DNA of 64,000 nt. Origin: an uncultured Clostridia bacterium. GTDB taxonomy: Bacteria > Bacillota > Clostridia > Oscillospirales > QAMX01. Positions 53,937-63,139 of this stretch are shown piece after piece. Location: the NCBI GenBank assembly GCA_944376195.1, contig CALWBW010000001.1, positions 17,043-81,042 on the forward strand, in the 5' to 3' direction. Position numbers and translations under genes: made by a program. Below the pieces are notes generated by a model. That model was not told where the DNA came from. It made no database searches and saw only the letters and a list, made by a program, of their open reading frames with translations. The first letter of the stretch is position 1, and every line of letters starts with the position of its first letter.

Positions 53937-53946
53937 GGTGTGACAT

Positions 53947-55419
53947 ATGGAACATATTTATGAACAAATTGCGGAGCGTACCGGCGGTGATATTTATATT
54001 GGTGTTGTCGGACCGGTCAGAACGGGAAAATCCACGTTTATCAAACGTTTTATGGACTGTATTGTCCTGCCGAAAATCGAAAATGTCTACATGCGGGAAC
54101 GCGCCCGTGATGAATTGCCGCAGTCCGGCTCCGGGCGTACCATTATGACGGCAGAGCCGAAGTTTGTGCCGGAGGAAGCGGTGGAAATCAAATTTGACGA
54201 CAGCGCGACGATGCGGGTACGTTTGATAGACTGTGTGGGGTACATGGTGGACGGCGCGTTGGGGCAATTTGAAGATGATGTACCGCGTATGGTCATGACG
54301 CCCTGGTCCGATACGGAATTGCCGATGGCGGAAGCAGCAGAAATTGGAACACGTAAGGTGATTACCGAACACTCTACCATCGGACTTGTGATCACAACGG
54401 ATGGAACTATTACAGAAATTGACCGTCACGATTATCTGGAAGCGGAAGATCGTGTTATCTCAGAGTTAAAGGCAATCGGAAAGCCGTTTCTGGTCGTAGT
54501 AAATTCGCGTGACCCGGATGGCGAAGCGGCTCGCCAGGTGTGTGAGGAGATTACAGAAAAACACAAGGTTACGTGCTGCGCGGTCAACTGTTTGACATTG
54601 GAAGAGCGAGGAATCACAGAACTGCTAAAATCTGTGTTATACGAATTCCCCATGAAGGAATTGGGTTTGATCCTTCCTTCCTGGGCTTCCGGACTGGAAG
54701 AAGGCCATGCGGTAAAGGCGGCGATTTACGAGAGTTTGCTTTCCGCTGCACGGAATGTCAGTTGCCTCCGCAGCATTTATCCTATGACTGCATCGTTATG
54801 TTCTTGTCCGTATATCAGCGGAGCGAGAGTGGAATCCATTGACTTGGGGCGTGGTGCGGCAATTGCGACGTTGGACATTCCGCAAGAAGTCTATTATGGT
54901 ATCATTGAGGAAGAAGCCGGTTTGGAAATTCACGACGAGAGCGAAATTATTCCACTTTTTCGGGAACTTGCTGAAGCAAAACGGAAATATGACCGGATTG
55001 CACCCGCACTGGAACGGGTCCGTAATGTTGGATACGGAATTGTTATGCCAGAGCAGGAAGAATTGACGTTGGAAGAACCGGAACTGGTGCGGCAAGGGGG
55101 ACGGTTTGGCGTGCGGTTGCGTGCCAGCGCACCGAGCATTCATTTGATTCGCGCGGATATTGAAACGGAGGTTTCGCCGGCTGTTGGATCCGAACGGCAG
55201 AGTGAGGAACTGGTGCAGTATATCATGCAAGAATTTGAAGGGGATGCAGGACGAATTTGGCAATCCAACATTTTTGGAAAATCGCTGCATGAACTCGTGA
55301 CGGAAGGTTTGAACGCCAAATTGAATCATATGCCCGACGAAGCCCGCAACAAGCTTCGTGAGACGATCCAGCGGATCATTAATGAGGGAAGCGGAGGTTT
55401 GATTTGCATCATCCTTTGA
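53947..55419 (+). CDS. spoIVA: Stage IV sporulation protein A
   Basis: MEHIYEQIAERTGGDIYIGVVGPVRTGKSTFIKRFMD carries the Walker A. The 490-aa length and the C-terminus ...RIINEGSGGLICIIL are characteristic. Confidence 0.95.
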   Translation: MEHIYEQIAERTGGDIYIGVVGPVRTGKSTFIKRFMDCIVLPKIENVYMRERARDELPQSGSGRTIMTAEPKFVPEEAVEIKFDDSATMRVRLIDCVGYMVDGALGQFEDDVPRMVMTPWSDTELPMAEAAEIGTRKVITEHSTIGLVITTDGTITEIDRHDYLEAEDRVISELKAIGKPFLVVVNSRDPDGEAARQVCEEITEKHKVTCCAVNCLTLEERGITELLKSVLYEFPMKELGLILPSWASGLEEGHAVKAAIYESLLSAARNVSCLRSIYPMTASLCSCPYISGARVESIDLGRGAAIATLDIPQEVYYGIIEEEAGLEIHDESEIIPLFRELAEAKRKYDRIAPALERVRNVGYGIVMPEQEELTLEEPELVRQGGRFGVRLRASAPSIHLIRADIETEVSPAVGSERQSEELVQYIMQEFEGDAGRIWQSNIFGKSLHELVTEGLNAKLNHMPDEARNKLRETIQRIINEGSGGLICIIL

Positions 55420-55433
55420 AAAAAAATTAGAGA

Positions 55434-55482
55434 AAGAACCGCTCTGCTGTCATGCGCGTGACAGCAGGGCGGTTCTTTGTTC
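55434..55482. terminator. Bidirectional terminator between convergent spoIVA and ytvI-like genes
   Basis: AAAGAACCGCTCTGCTGTCA / TGACAGCAGGGCGGTTCTTT, a 20-bp stem with one mismatch and a 6-nt loop. Confidence 0.8.
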
Positions 55483-55491
55483 GTACAATTT

Positions 55492-56628
55492 TTATTGTTT
55501 CTTTTCAGAAGAACGTCGCTTTTTTTTAACCGGTACGACCTCTTCCGGGAGAGGTTCCGGCGTATGCCAAAGGTGAATGTAGCCCCATTCCTGTAATTTA
55601 TCCAGACATACCAGCAGGACCGGTAAAACAAACATACCTATCAATCCCAGCGTCATATATCCAAGATAGAAGCAGATTAGCATGACGAGGGGATTGAGTC
55701 CAATATGGTCCCCCAAAATTCGAGGTTCTATAATATTGCGTATTATAGTTATGATACCGTATAGCGCTGCAAGGTATAAGCCGCGGGAAATCTCGCCTGT
55801 TAACAAAATGTAAATGGCCCAAGGAATCAATACGGTACCGGTTCCAAAAACCGGAAGCGCGTCAATAAGGGCGACGAGGACGGCAAGCAAAACGGCATAA
55901 TCCAGGTCAATAATGAGAAATCCAACGGTTAATTCCGTAAAAGTGACCAGAATAATAATTCCCATGGCCCGAAACCAACGACCCAGAGTTGTAACCATGT
56001 GATTTTTCAAACGAGTGGTACTTTCCCGGATTCGTTTGGGTATTTGTGCCGCAATAAAAGCCATAATACGATCGAAATCCTTTAAAACATAAAACGTGGA
56101 GATGATCATGGCGATGGTAAATATCAAAATGGTGGGGATGGAAAATGCCACCGTTTTCACTGTACCAAACAGAGAGCCAAAATTCACTGTCGTCAGGGGC
56201 GCTTCGGTAATCAAAGATTCCATGGAATTTAAAATTGGCTCACTTATAGATTCTGGCAGTCGTTGTACCAGCGCAGTTAAATCTTCCCAGAGTGCGGTAA
56301 GCACTTCCGGCAGGGCGGAGAGATAGTTTGGCAGATCTGCGGAGAATGCACGAAACTGCCCAATCAAAAAGGAGATAAAAAGGCCGACGCCGGTTCCTAC
56401 AATACCGTAGACAAAAATGACAAGTAAAATAGAAGTCAAACTTCGGGATAAATGCAGTTTTCGCGTAATAAAGGCAGTAGGTTTTTTCAAAATCCCCGCA
56501 ATGGCAAACGCAATGACAAAAGGAAGAAGCCACTTCAAAAGATATTGCACGATAAAATAGGTGCCGAGAATGCCAAGGATAAAATAAAACAAAATCAGCA
56601 AAAATCGAAGATGACGGTTTTCAGGCAT
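55492..56628 (-). CDS. ytvI: AI-2E (PerM) family transporter, YtvI-like sporulation membrane protein
   Basis: 378 aa from the ATG at 56628 (AGGGGG upstream). The track start at 56742 lies upstream of the predicted promoter. It has a multi-pass topology and the motif ALIDALPVFGTGTVLIPWAIY. Confidence 0.75.
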   Translation of the reverse strand: MPENRHLRFLLILFYFILGILGTYFIVQYLLKWLLPFVIAFAIAGILKKPTAFITRKLHLSRSLTSILLVIFVYGIVGTGVGLFISFLIGQFRAFSADLPNYLSALPEVLTALWEDLTALVQRLPESISEPILNSMESLITEAPLTTVNFGSLFGTVKTVAFSIPTILIFTIAMIISTFYVLKDFDRIMAFIAAQIPKRIRESTTRLKNHMVTTLGRWFRAMGIIILVTFTELTVGFLIIDLDYAVLLAVLVALIDALPVFGTGTVLIPWAIYILLTGEISRGLYLAALYGIITIIRNIIEPRILGDHIGLNPLVMLICFYLGYMTLGLIGMFVLPVLLVCLDKLQEWGYIHLWHTPEPLPEEVVPVKKKRRSSEKKQ

Positions 56629-56670
56629 GGTACAAGCCCCCTTGCTGCCGGGAAAAATCAAAGCATTATT

Positions 56671-56699
56671 AGTATAGCCTTTTTTTTCATATAATTCAA
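56671..56699 (-). promoter_or_regulatory. Candidate promoter of the ytvI-like gene
   Basis: On the minus strand: TTGAAT (56699-56694), 17 nt, TATACT (56676-56671). Confidence 0.45.
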
Positions 56700-56769
56700 T
56701 CATCTGACCTGGAATAAAGGTGATTCTATGCTTTTTTTGCATAAAATTAATATTTGAGAAAAGTGACTA

Positions 56770-56798
56770 TTGCGTATTGCGCTTTAATATGCTATCAT
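56770..56798 (+). promoter_or_regulatory. Candidate promoter of hom-glyA
   Basis: TTGCGT (56770-56775), 17 nt, TATCAT (56793-56798). Confidence 0.45.
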
Positions 56799-56876
56799 AA
56801 GTAAGTATATCGGACAAAATTTGCCGTACTCCGACAATTGTCGTAATAAGTATCAACTGGATAGGAGAGGGATTGC

Positions 56877-58097
56877 GTGGTCAAACTTGCCATACTGGGA
56901 TTCGGTACCGTTGGCACGGGTGTTGCTGAAGTGTTGAGTCAGAACGCCGAAACAATCCGTGCACATGCCGACGGGGATATCGAGCTGAAATATATTTTGG
57001 ATATTCGTGATTTCCCGGAAAGCCCTTTTGCAGATAAAGTGATCCATGATTTTGAAATCATTGAAAAGGATCCGGAAATAAAGATTGTGGTTGAAACAAT
57101 TGGCGGTCTTCGTGTTGCGTATGAGTATACGCGTCGGGCTATTCTTGCCGGGAAAAGCGTTGTGACGTCTAACAAGGAATTGGTTGCCGAACGAGGCGCG
57201 GAATTGATTCGGCTGGCTCGCGAACACAATGTCAATTATTTGTTTGAAGCGTCGGTTGGTGGAGGAATTCCGATTATTCGTCCGTTAACGCAGTGCCTTT
57301 CCGCAAATGATATTCATGAAATTACCGGTGTGTTAAATGGCACGACCAATTATATCTTGACCCGTATGCAAAAAGACGGCGTCGCGCTGGAAACGGCTTT
57401 ACGGGAAGCTCAGGAAAATGGGTATGCCGAGGCGGATCCTTCCGCCGACATCAATGGCCAGGATGCTTGCCGGAAGATTTGTATTTTGGCAGATCTTGCC
57501 TTTGGACACCATATCGCCCCTTCCTCTGTCACAACGGAGGGTATATCTGGAATTACGCAGTTGGACATGCGTTTTGCAGAGAAAGAGGGATATGTTATCA
57601 AGCTTTTAGGCCGTGTCGTTCGTCGGGAAGACGGTCGTGTCAATATTCTCGTTGCGCCCCATCTCATCTCTGTAAACCGTCCTTTGGCTGGCGTCAGCGG
57701 TGTGTTTAATGGGATTATTGTCATCGGAAATGCGATTGACGAAGTGATGTTTTATGGACGGGGCGCGGGGAAACTCCCAACGGCTAGTGCCGTTGCAGCG
57801 GATATTATTGACGCTGCAAAGCACCTGGCTTCCAGAAAAATGATTGACTGGGCAGATGACGCTCCGGACTTTGTTGCGGATTCCGGCGAAATGGTGTATC
57901 GTCATTATGTACGGATGGGGCATTGTACGGCCGCAATGGTGCTGGCACTTTTCCTGCATGCGAGGATTGTGACAGAAACAGCGGAGTTTACTTCTTTTGT
58001 TACGGTTCCGGTTCCTACACGCGATGTGGATCGAAAGGTTGGGTTGCTTTGTAATGACGGCGCTGTGCTGCAATCTCGACTGCGTTTCTTTGATTGA
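56877..58097 (+). CDS. hom: Homoserine dehydrogenase
   Basis: GTG start after GGAGAGGG. The NAD motif is LGFGTVGTGV, with NKELVA and GILNGTTNYIL-like VLNGTTNYILT, and a C-terminal ACT-like region. Confidence 0.9.
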   Translation: MVKLAILGFGTVGTGVAEVLSQNAETIRAHADGDIELKYILDIRDFPESPFADKVIHDFEIIEKDPEIKIVVETIGGLRVAYEYTRRAILAGKSVVTSNKELVAERGAELIRLAREHNVNYLFEASVGGGIPIIRPLTQCLSANDIHEITGVLNGTTNYILTRMQKDGVALETALREAQENGYAEADPSADINGQDACRKICILADLAFGHHIAPSSVTTEGISGITQLDMRFAEKEGYVIKLLGRVVRREDGRVNILVAPHLISVNRPLAGVSGVFNGIIVIGNAIDEVMFYGRGAGKLPTASAVAADIIDAAKHLASRKMIDWADDAPDFVADSGEMVYRHYVRMGHCTAAMVLALFLHARIVTETAEFTSFVTVPVPTRDVDRKVGLLCNDGAVLQSRLRFFD

Positions 58098-58121
58098 TAA
58101 TTTGTAAGGAGAGTGTTTCGT

Positions 58122-59366
58122 ATGATTCAGGATATGATGAAGTTAATTAGCGCGGCTGATCCGGAGGTAGGAGCCGCTGTAAAAAGCGAGTATGACCGGC
58201 AGGTGCGCAATGTAGAGCTGATTGCTTCAGAAAATTTCGTAAGTCCTGCCGTGATGGCGGCAATGGCGACAGTTCTTACCAATAAATATGCAGAAGGCTA
58301 TCCGGGACGGCGGTACTACGGCGGCTGTGAGGAAGTGGATAAGGTGGAGCGGATTGCAATTGCGCGCGCAAAGGAAATTTTCGGCGCGGATCATGCAAAC
58401 GTTCAGCCGCATTCCGGCGCACAGGCAAATGCTGCGGTTTATTTTGCGCTCGTGAAGCCCGGTGATACTGTGATGGGCATGAGTTTGGCGCATGGCGGTC
58501 ATTTGACGCATGGGAGCCCTGTGAATTTTTCCGGCGCGCAGTACAATATTGTGCCTTATAGCGTGGATGATGAGACGGAAGAAATAAATTACGATAAAGT
58601 GTATGATTTGGCGCAGCAGACAAAGCCGAAGATGATCATTGCTGGTGCTTCTGCCTACCCGCGTGAGATTCGATTTGATAAATTCGCGGAAATTGCCAAG
58701 TCGGTCGGTGCTTATTTGTTTGTAGATATGGCGCATATCGCGGGACTGGTTGCGGCTGGATTGCATCAGAGCCCGATTCCCTATGCGGATGTCGTAACGA
58801 CGACGACGCACAAGACTTTGCGCGGTCCCCGTGGCGGCATGATCCTCTGCAAAGAGGAACTGGCCAAGGCAATTGATAAGGCCGTGTTCCCCGGCACGCA
58901 GGGCGGTCCGTTGATGCATGTCATTGCGGCGAAGGCTGTCTGTTTTGGCGAGGCGCTGAAACCGGAATTCAAGGCATACCAGCAGCAGATTGTCAAAAAT
59001 GCGGCATTTTTGGCGGATAAGCTGATGGAAAAGGGATTCCGTTTGGTATCCGGCGGTACGGATAACCATTTGATGCTGGTGGATTTGCGGAATTTCCATG
59101 TGACCGGAAAAGAAATGCAGCGCCGGTTGGATGAGGTGTATATCACCGTAAATAAGAATGCAATCCCCAATGATCCCCAGAAACCTGCCTATACCTCCGG
59201 CATTCGTGTTGGTACCCCTGCTGTTACAACGCGTGGCTTCCGTGAGCCGGAAATGGAACTCTTGGCAGACCTGATCTACCGTGCTGCATCGGATTTTGAA
59301 GGAAACGCTGATTTTATTCGAAATGCGGTAACAGAACTTTGTGCTCGTTTCCCGGTTATGGATTAA
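58122..59366 (+). CDS. glyA: Serine hydroxymethyltransferase
   Basis: ATG at 58122 follows AAGGAGAG. The motifs are LIASENFVS and the PLP site [14 protein letters not shown]. Confidence 0.95.
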   Translation: MIQDMMKLISAADPEVGAAVKSEYDRQVRNVELIASENFVSPAVMAAMATVLTNKYAEGYPGRRYYGGCEEVDKVERIAIARAKEIFGADHANVQPHSGAQANAAVYFALVKPGDTVMGMSLAHGGHLTHGSPVNFSGAQYNIVPYSVDDETEEINYDKVYDLAQQTKPKMIIAGASAYPREIRFDKFAEIAKSVGAYLFVDMAHIAGLVAAGLHQSPIPYADVVTTTTHKTLRGPRGGMILCKEELAKAIDKAVFPGTQGGPLMHVIAAKAVCFGEALKPEFKAYQQQIVKNAAFLADKLMEKGFRLVSGGTDNHLMLVDLRNFHVTGKEMQRRLDEVYITVNKNAIPNDPQKPAYTSGIRVGTPAVTTRGFREPEMELLADLIYRAASDFEGNADFIRNAVTELCARFPVMD

Positions 59367-59384
59367 GCTGAGTTTTAAAGTGTG

Positions 59385-59432
59385 TTCCCCATGCTGCCCT
59401 TTGCGGTGCGGCATGGGGAAATTTCCTTTTTT
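59385..59432 (+). terminator. Rho-independent terminator after glyA
   Basis: TTCCCCATGCTGC / GCGGCATGGGGAA stem with one mismatch, followed by ATTTCCTTTTTT. Confidence 0.75.
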
Positions 59433-59435
59433 CGA

Positions 59436-59464
59436 TTGACGAATATCGCGGCACGTTGTAAAAT
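59436..59464 (+). promoter_or_regulatory. Promoter of uppP
   Basis: TTGACG (59436-59441), 17 nt, TAAAAT (59459-59464). Confidence 0.55.
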
Positions 59465-59521
59465 GAATAAGTAAACTTGTCTGCCGCATAAGATAAAGTA
59501 AAAAGATACCGGAGGGAATAT

Positions 59522-60346
59522 ATGACTATCTGGGAAGCTGCAATCCTGGGTCTGGTACAGGGATTGACAGAATTTTTGCCGGTTTCCAGTTCGGGCCATT
59601 TGACCCTGTTGCAGGCCATGTTCGGGATTGAGGAACAGGGGCTGCTTTTTAGTGTCCTGCTGCATTTCGGCACGTTAATTTCCGTTTTTATTTGTTTTTG
59701 GCGTGATATTGTGGAAATGATACGCGAGTTTTTCTATTTGCTGCGGGATATTGCTCGAGGTAAAGCAAACCCCAATAAAACACCAATGCGTCGCCAGATG
59801 TTGATGGTCGTGATTGCAACTGTGCCGATGATTGCCGCTGTTTTTGTAAATGATGTGATAGAAAATTTGTTTACCTCTCCGCTTTTGGTAGGGTTTATGC
59901 TGCTTATTACGGCAACTTTATTAACTGTCACGGATTTACACGGGTTTGGAAGAAAGGATGCTTCCACGGCTTCTTGGCGCGATGCGCTTATAATTGGCGT
60001 TATGCAGCTTGTAGCTATTGTCCCGGGCATTTCCCGCTCTGGAACGGTACTGACCGGTGGTGCGTTGCGGGGATTCTCCCGTGGATTTGCTGTCAAGTTT
60101 GCTTTTATCATGTCAATCCCGGTCATTCTGGGCGCGAATATTTTTTCTGTAGCAGACGCAATTCGCGAAGGCTTGGATCCTGCGCTGATAATGCCGTGCA
60201 TTGTGGGCGTTTTAGTTGCGACTCTGGCCGGTATTGCCGCAATCAAATTCATGAACATGTTGGTAAAGCGGCGTAATTTCCGCCCGTTTGTGGTATATTG
60301 CGCTTTGGCCGGCGTTATTACGATTGGCGCCAGCCTGTTATTTTAA
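59522..60346 (+). CDS. uppP: Undecaprenyl-diphosphate phosphatase
   Basis: GLVQGLTEFLPVSSSGHL, PGISRSG. GGAGGG lies upstream. Confidence 0.95.
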   Translation: MTIWEAAILGLVQGLTEFLPVSSSGHLTLLQAMFGIEEQGLLFSVLLHFGTLISVFICFWRDIVEMIREFFYLLRDIARGKANPNKTPMRRQMLMVVIATVPMIAAVFVNDVIENLFTSPLLVGFMLLITATLLTVTDLHGFGRKDASTASWRDALIIGVMQLVAIVPGISRSGTVLTGGALRGFSRGFAVKFAFIMSIPVILGANIFSVADAIREGLDPALIMPCIVGVLVATLAGIAAIKFMNMLVKRRNFRPFVVYCALAGVITIGASLLF

Positions 60347-60364
60347 TCACAAAGGATCGATACT

Positions 60365-63058
60365 ATGGCTTCACAAACCAAGTCAAAACCAAAATCGACT
60401 GCTAAAAAGACGCCTGCAAAGAGTGGGCAGACGAAACGGCCGGTTTCTCGAAATGCGTCGTCTGCAAAGAAGTCAGGACGTGGGAAGACAGCAGCGGGAA
60501 AATCTGTGGAAAAACAGCATCGCGAAATCTGGGTGGTGGTGACCTTTTTCCTTTCCTTGGTGCTGTCATTGGCCGTCTTCAATGTAAAGGGCTTTCTTTT
60601 GGAAGCTTTGTCGTCATTCTGCAAGGGTATTCTTGGATTTGGCGCATACATATTGCCTTTTTCACTGCTTGTTATCTGTGGGACGATTTTGTTTGCCAGA
60701 GGGAAACCGATTGCTTCGCGTGTTATCACAGTTTTGCTTATTCCAATTATGACCGGTGTATTGTCGCATCTTCTGTTTTCCGATGTGACGCTTGATCAAC
60801 ATGTGATTTCTACACTTTATAAGACGGGTAGAACCTGGGAATCCGGCGGCGTGATTGCGGGAGGTCTTGGCGCGTTGTTATCGGCTGCACTTTCTAATGT
60901 CGGCGCTTTGATTATTTCCTTTATCCTGTTTACGTATTTACTGCTTCGCTTAATCAATATTAAGTTAAAAACTATTTTAGAGTTTTTTATTGGAATCCAC
61001 GAGAAGGCAGAGCTGCGCCGTGAACCGGTTGATTTCTATGATGAAGCGTTTGAGGAAGAGGAGGAAGCCCCGGTTCGGGAAGCGGTTGCGCCGCTCCCTG
61101 CCAAACGTCCGAAATCTGCGCATACAGAAGTGCGTCCGGCACAGGAAAAATCCCCGTCACGTCGGCGCAGTGAAATTGACCTTCCTCTCGAGGCAGTTGC
61201 GCCCGTGGTGAAGGCACCGCCCGAGCCGCAGGAACCGGAACGTTCTGTTTCCGGGAAAGAGGAAGTAAAGACGCCTGATTTGGAGCTGGATGGACAAAAA
61301 TCGGGACGGAAATATCCTATTCCCGACGTTTTTCCTGAAAAGGAGCAGGAACCATACGAACCGCCTCGTCCTTTGGACGATGCTGATGATGGAGAAGAAC
61401 CTCCGTTTGATTTAGACCTGGAGCAGGAAAAAGAGCCCTTGGATCCGGCAGATATCCATGTTCCTCCTGTGGTGGAAGAAGTGCCGACGGAAACCATCCC
61501 GCTCAAACCGCTGGAGCCCGGCGCCGAACCGGTCGTTGTGGATACGCATCAATTCTCTGAAGATGCTTCGCCGGGTGAGGATGCCCTGACGCGGGCCCAG
61601 GCAACAGCAAAACGTGAATATGATTTTCCGCCGATTTCTATTTTGCATGAGGATAATTTTGTTCCGGCGGATGACGTGACGGAAGAACTCCGTGTGCGTT
61701 CGCACAAGCTTTCCGATACGCTTTCCAGCTTTGGCGTGGAGGCGCAAATTATCAATGTCATTCGCGGCCCGTCTATCACACGCTATGAAATTCTGCTGGA
61801 TCGGGGTGTTAAATTTTCCCGACTGACGGCTTTACAGGACGACATTGCCTTGGCGCTTGGCGCATCCGGCGTTCGTATCGCGGCGATACCGGATAAGTCG
61901 GCGGTAGGGATTGAGGTTCCGAACAAAGTGGTGCAAACCGTCTTTTTGCGGGATGTTTTGACGTCACGTCCCATGGCGGAAAATAAATCAAAGCTTGCGT
62001 TTGCATTGGGAAAAGACATTACAGGTACCAGTATTGTGGGTGATATTGGGAAAATGCCCCACATGCTGATTGCCGGAACAACCGGTTCCGGAAAATCGGT
62101 TTGTATCAACTCCATTATTATCAGCTTGCTCTACCGTGCCTCGCCCGATGAAGTTAAGTTGATTATGATTGATCCCAAGATGGTGGAACTGGGGAATTAT
62201 AATGGAATTCCACATTTGCTGGTGCCGGTTGTAACGGATTATAAGAAAGCGGCAGGCGCATTGAATTGGGCAGTTGTAGAAATGGAGCGTCGTTACAAAC
62301 TGATGTTTGAATATGGCGCCCGGGATCTGGACTCCTTTAATCATACTGCGGTAGGCAAGGGGGAGAATCCACTCCCTCGTATCGTCATCATCATTGATGA
62401 GTTGGCAGACCTTATGATGATGGCGGCGAAGGAAATTGAAGAGAGCATCTGCCGCATTGCGCAGAAGGCGCGTGCAGCCGGTATGCATTTAATTATCGCA
62501 ACGCAGCGTCCATCTGCCGATGTCTTAACCGGTTTGATGAAATCCAATATTCCTTCCCGAATCGCTTTTGCGGTGGCGTCGCAGATGGAGTCCCGGATCA
62601 TTTTGGATACCGGCGGTGCGGAAAAACTAATTGGAAAGGGCGATATGCTGTTTAATCCGCTGGGTATGCCCAAACCTATGCGCGTCCAGGGATGTTATCT
62701 CTCCTCGGAGGAAGTGGAGGCTGTAACGGAATACATTAAGCGCTCCGGTACGGCCGAGTATTCCAGCGAAATTTTGGAGCATATGGAGCGCAGTGCCAAT
62801 GATGAACGCGGCGGTTTCTCGGACGATGAGGATGCAGATGAGATGTTGGATGAAGCCATTGACGTGGTAATGCAGACAGGACAGGCTTCTGCATCGATGC
62901 TGCAGCGTAAGCTGAAACTGGGCTATGCACGTGCGGCGCGTATCATTGATCAGATGGAAAGCCGTGGCATTATCGGACCTTTTGACGGCGCGAAGCCGCG
63001 ACAGCTTTTAATTTCAAAGTCCGATTGGCAAGAAATCAAGGCGCGCAGGTCATATTAA
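60365..63058 (+). CDS. ftsK: FtsK/SpoIIIE-family DNA translocase
   Basis: Basic N-terminus, four TM spans and a long Pro/Glu-rich linker. Walker A is AGTTGSGKSV and Walker B is IVIIIDELADL. The gamma domain is ASASMLQRKLKLGYARAARIIDQME. Confidence 0.95.
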   Translation: MASQTKSKPKSTAKKTPAKSGQTKRPVSRNASSAKKSGRGKTAAGKSVEKQHREIWVVVTFFLSLVLSLAVFNVKGFLLEALSSFCKGILGFGAYILPFSLLVICGTILFARGKPIASRVITVLLIPIMTGVLSHLLFSDVTLDQHVISTLYKTGRTWESGGVIAGGLGALLSAALSNVGALIISFILFTYLLLRLINIKLKTILEFFIGIHEKAELRREPVDFYDEAFEEEEEAPVREAVAPLPAKRPKSAHTEVRPAQEKSPSRRRSEIDLPLEAVAPVVKAPPEPQEPERSVSGKEEVKTPDLELDGQKSGRKYPIPDVFPEKEQEPYEPPRPLDDADDGEEPPFDLDLEQEKEPLDPADIHVPPVVEEVPTETIPLKPLEPGAEPVVVDTHQFSEDASPGEDALTRAQATAKREYDFPPISILHEDNFVPADDVTEELRVRSHKLSDTLSSFGVEAQIINVIRGPSITRYEILLDRGVKFSRLTALQDDIALALGASGVRIAAIPDKSAVGIEVPNKVVQTVFLRDVLTSRPMAENKSKLAFALGKDITGTSIVGDIGKMPHMLIAGTTGSGKSVCINSIIISLLYRASPDEVKLIMIDPKMVELGNYNGIPHLLVPVVTDYKKAAGALNWAVVEMERRYKLMFEYGARDLDSFNHTAVGKGENPLPRIVIIIDELADLMMMAAKEIEESICRIAQKARAAGMHLIIATQRPSADVLTGLMKSNIPSRIAFAVASQMESRIILDTGGAEKLIGKGDMLFNPLGMPKPMRVQGCYLSSEEVEAVTEYIKRSGTAEYSSEILEHMERSANDERGGFSDDEDADEMLDEAIDVVMQTGQASASMLQRKLKLGYARAARIIDQMESRGIIGPFDGAKPRQLLISKSDWQEIKARRSY

Positions 63059-63092
63059 AGTGCGGCGCAGAGTTTGAAAAGGGTACAATAAT

Positions 63093-63131
63093 AAACAGCA
63101 GCCTCGTAGTTTAAAACGAGGCTGCTGTTTT
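63093..63131. terminator. Bidirectional terminator between convergent ftsK and prmA
   Basis: AAACAGCAGCCTCG / CGAGGCTGCTGTTT, a perfect 14-bp stem with a 10-nt loop and A/T runs on both sides. Confidence 0.8.
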
Positions 63132-63139
63132 GCGTACAT

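Noticed and set aside
56799-56876. Possible riboswitch or T-box in the hom 5' UTR
   Set aside because: The UTR is only about 75 nt and holds only small 5-bp stems. That is far too short for a T-box and matches no riboswitch core I recognise.
58227-59489. 420-aa minus-strand ORF
   Set aside because: It is antisense to glyA, which has its PLP-lysine motif on the + strand. It also runs through the glyA terminator and the uppP promoter.
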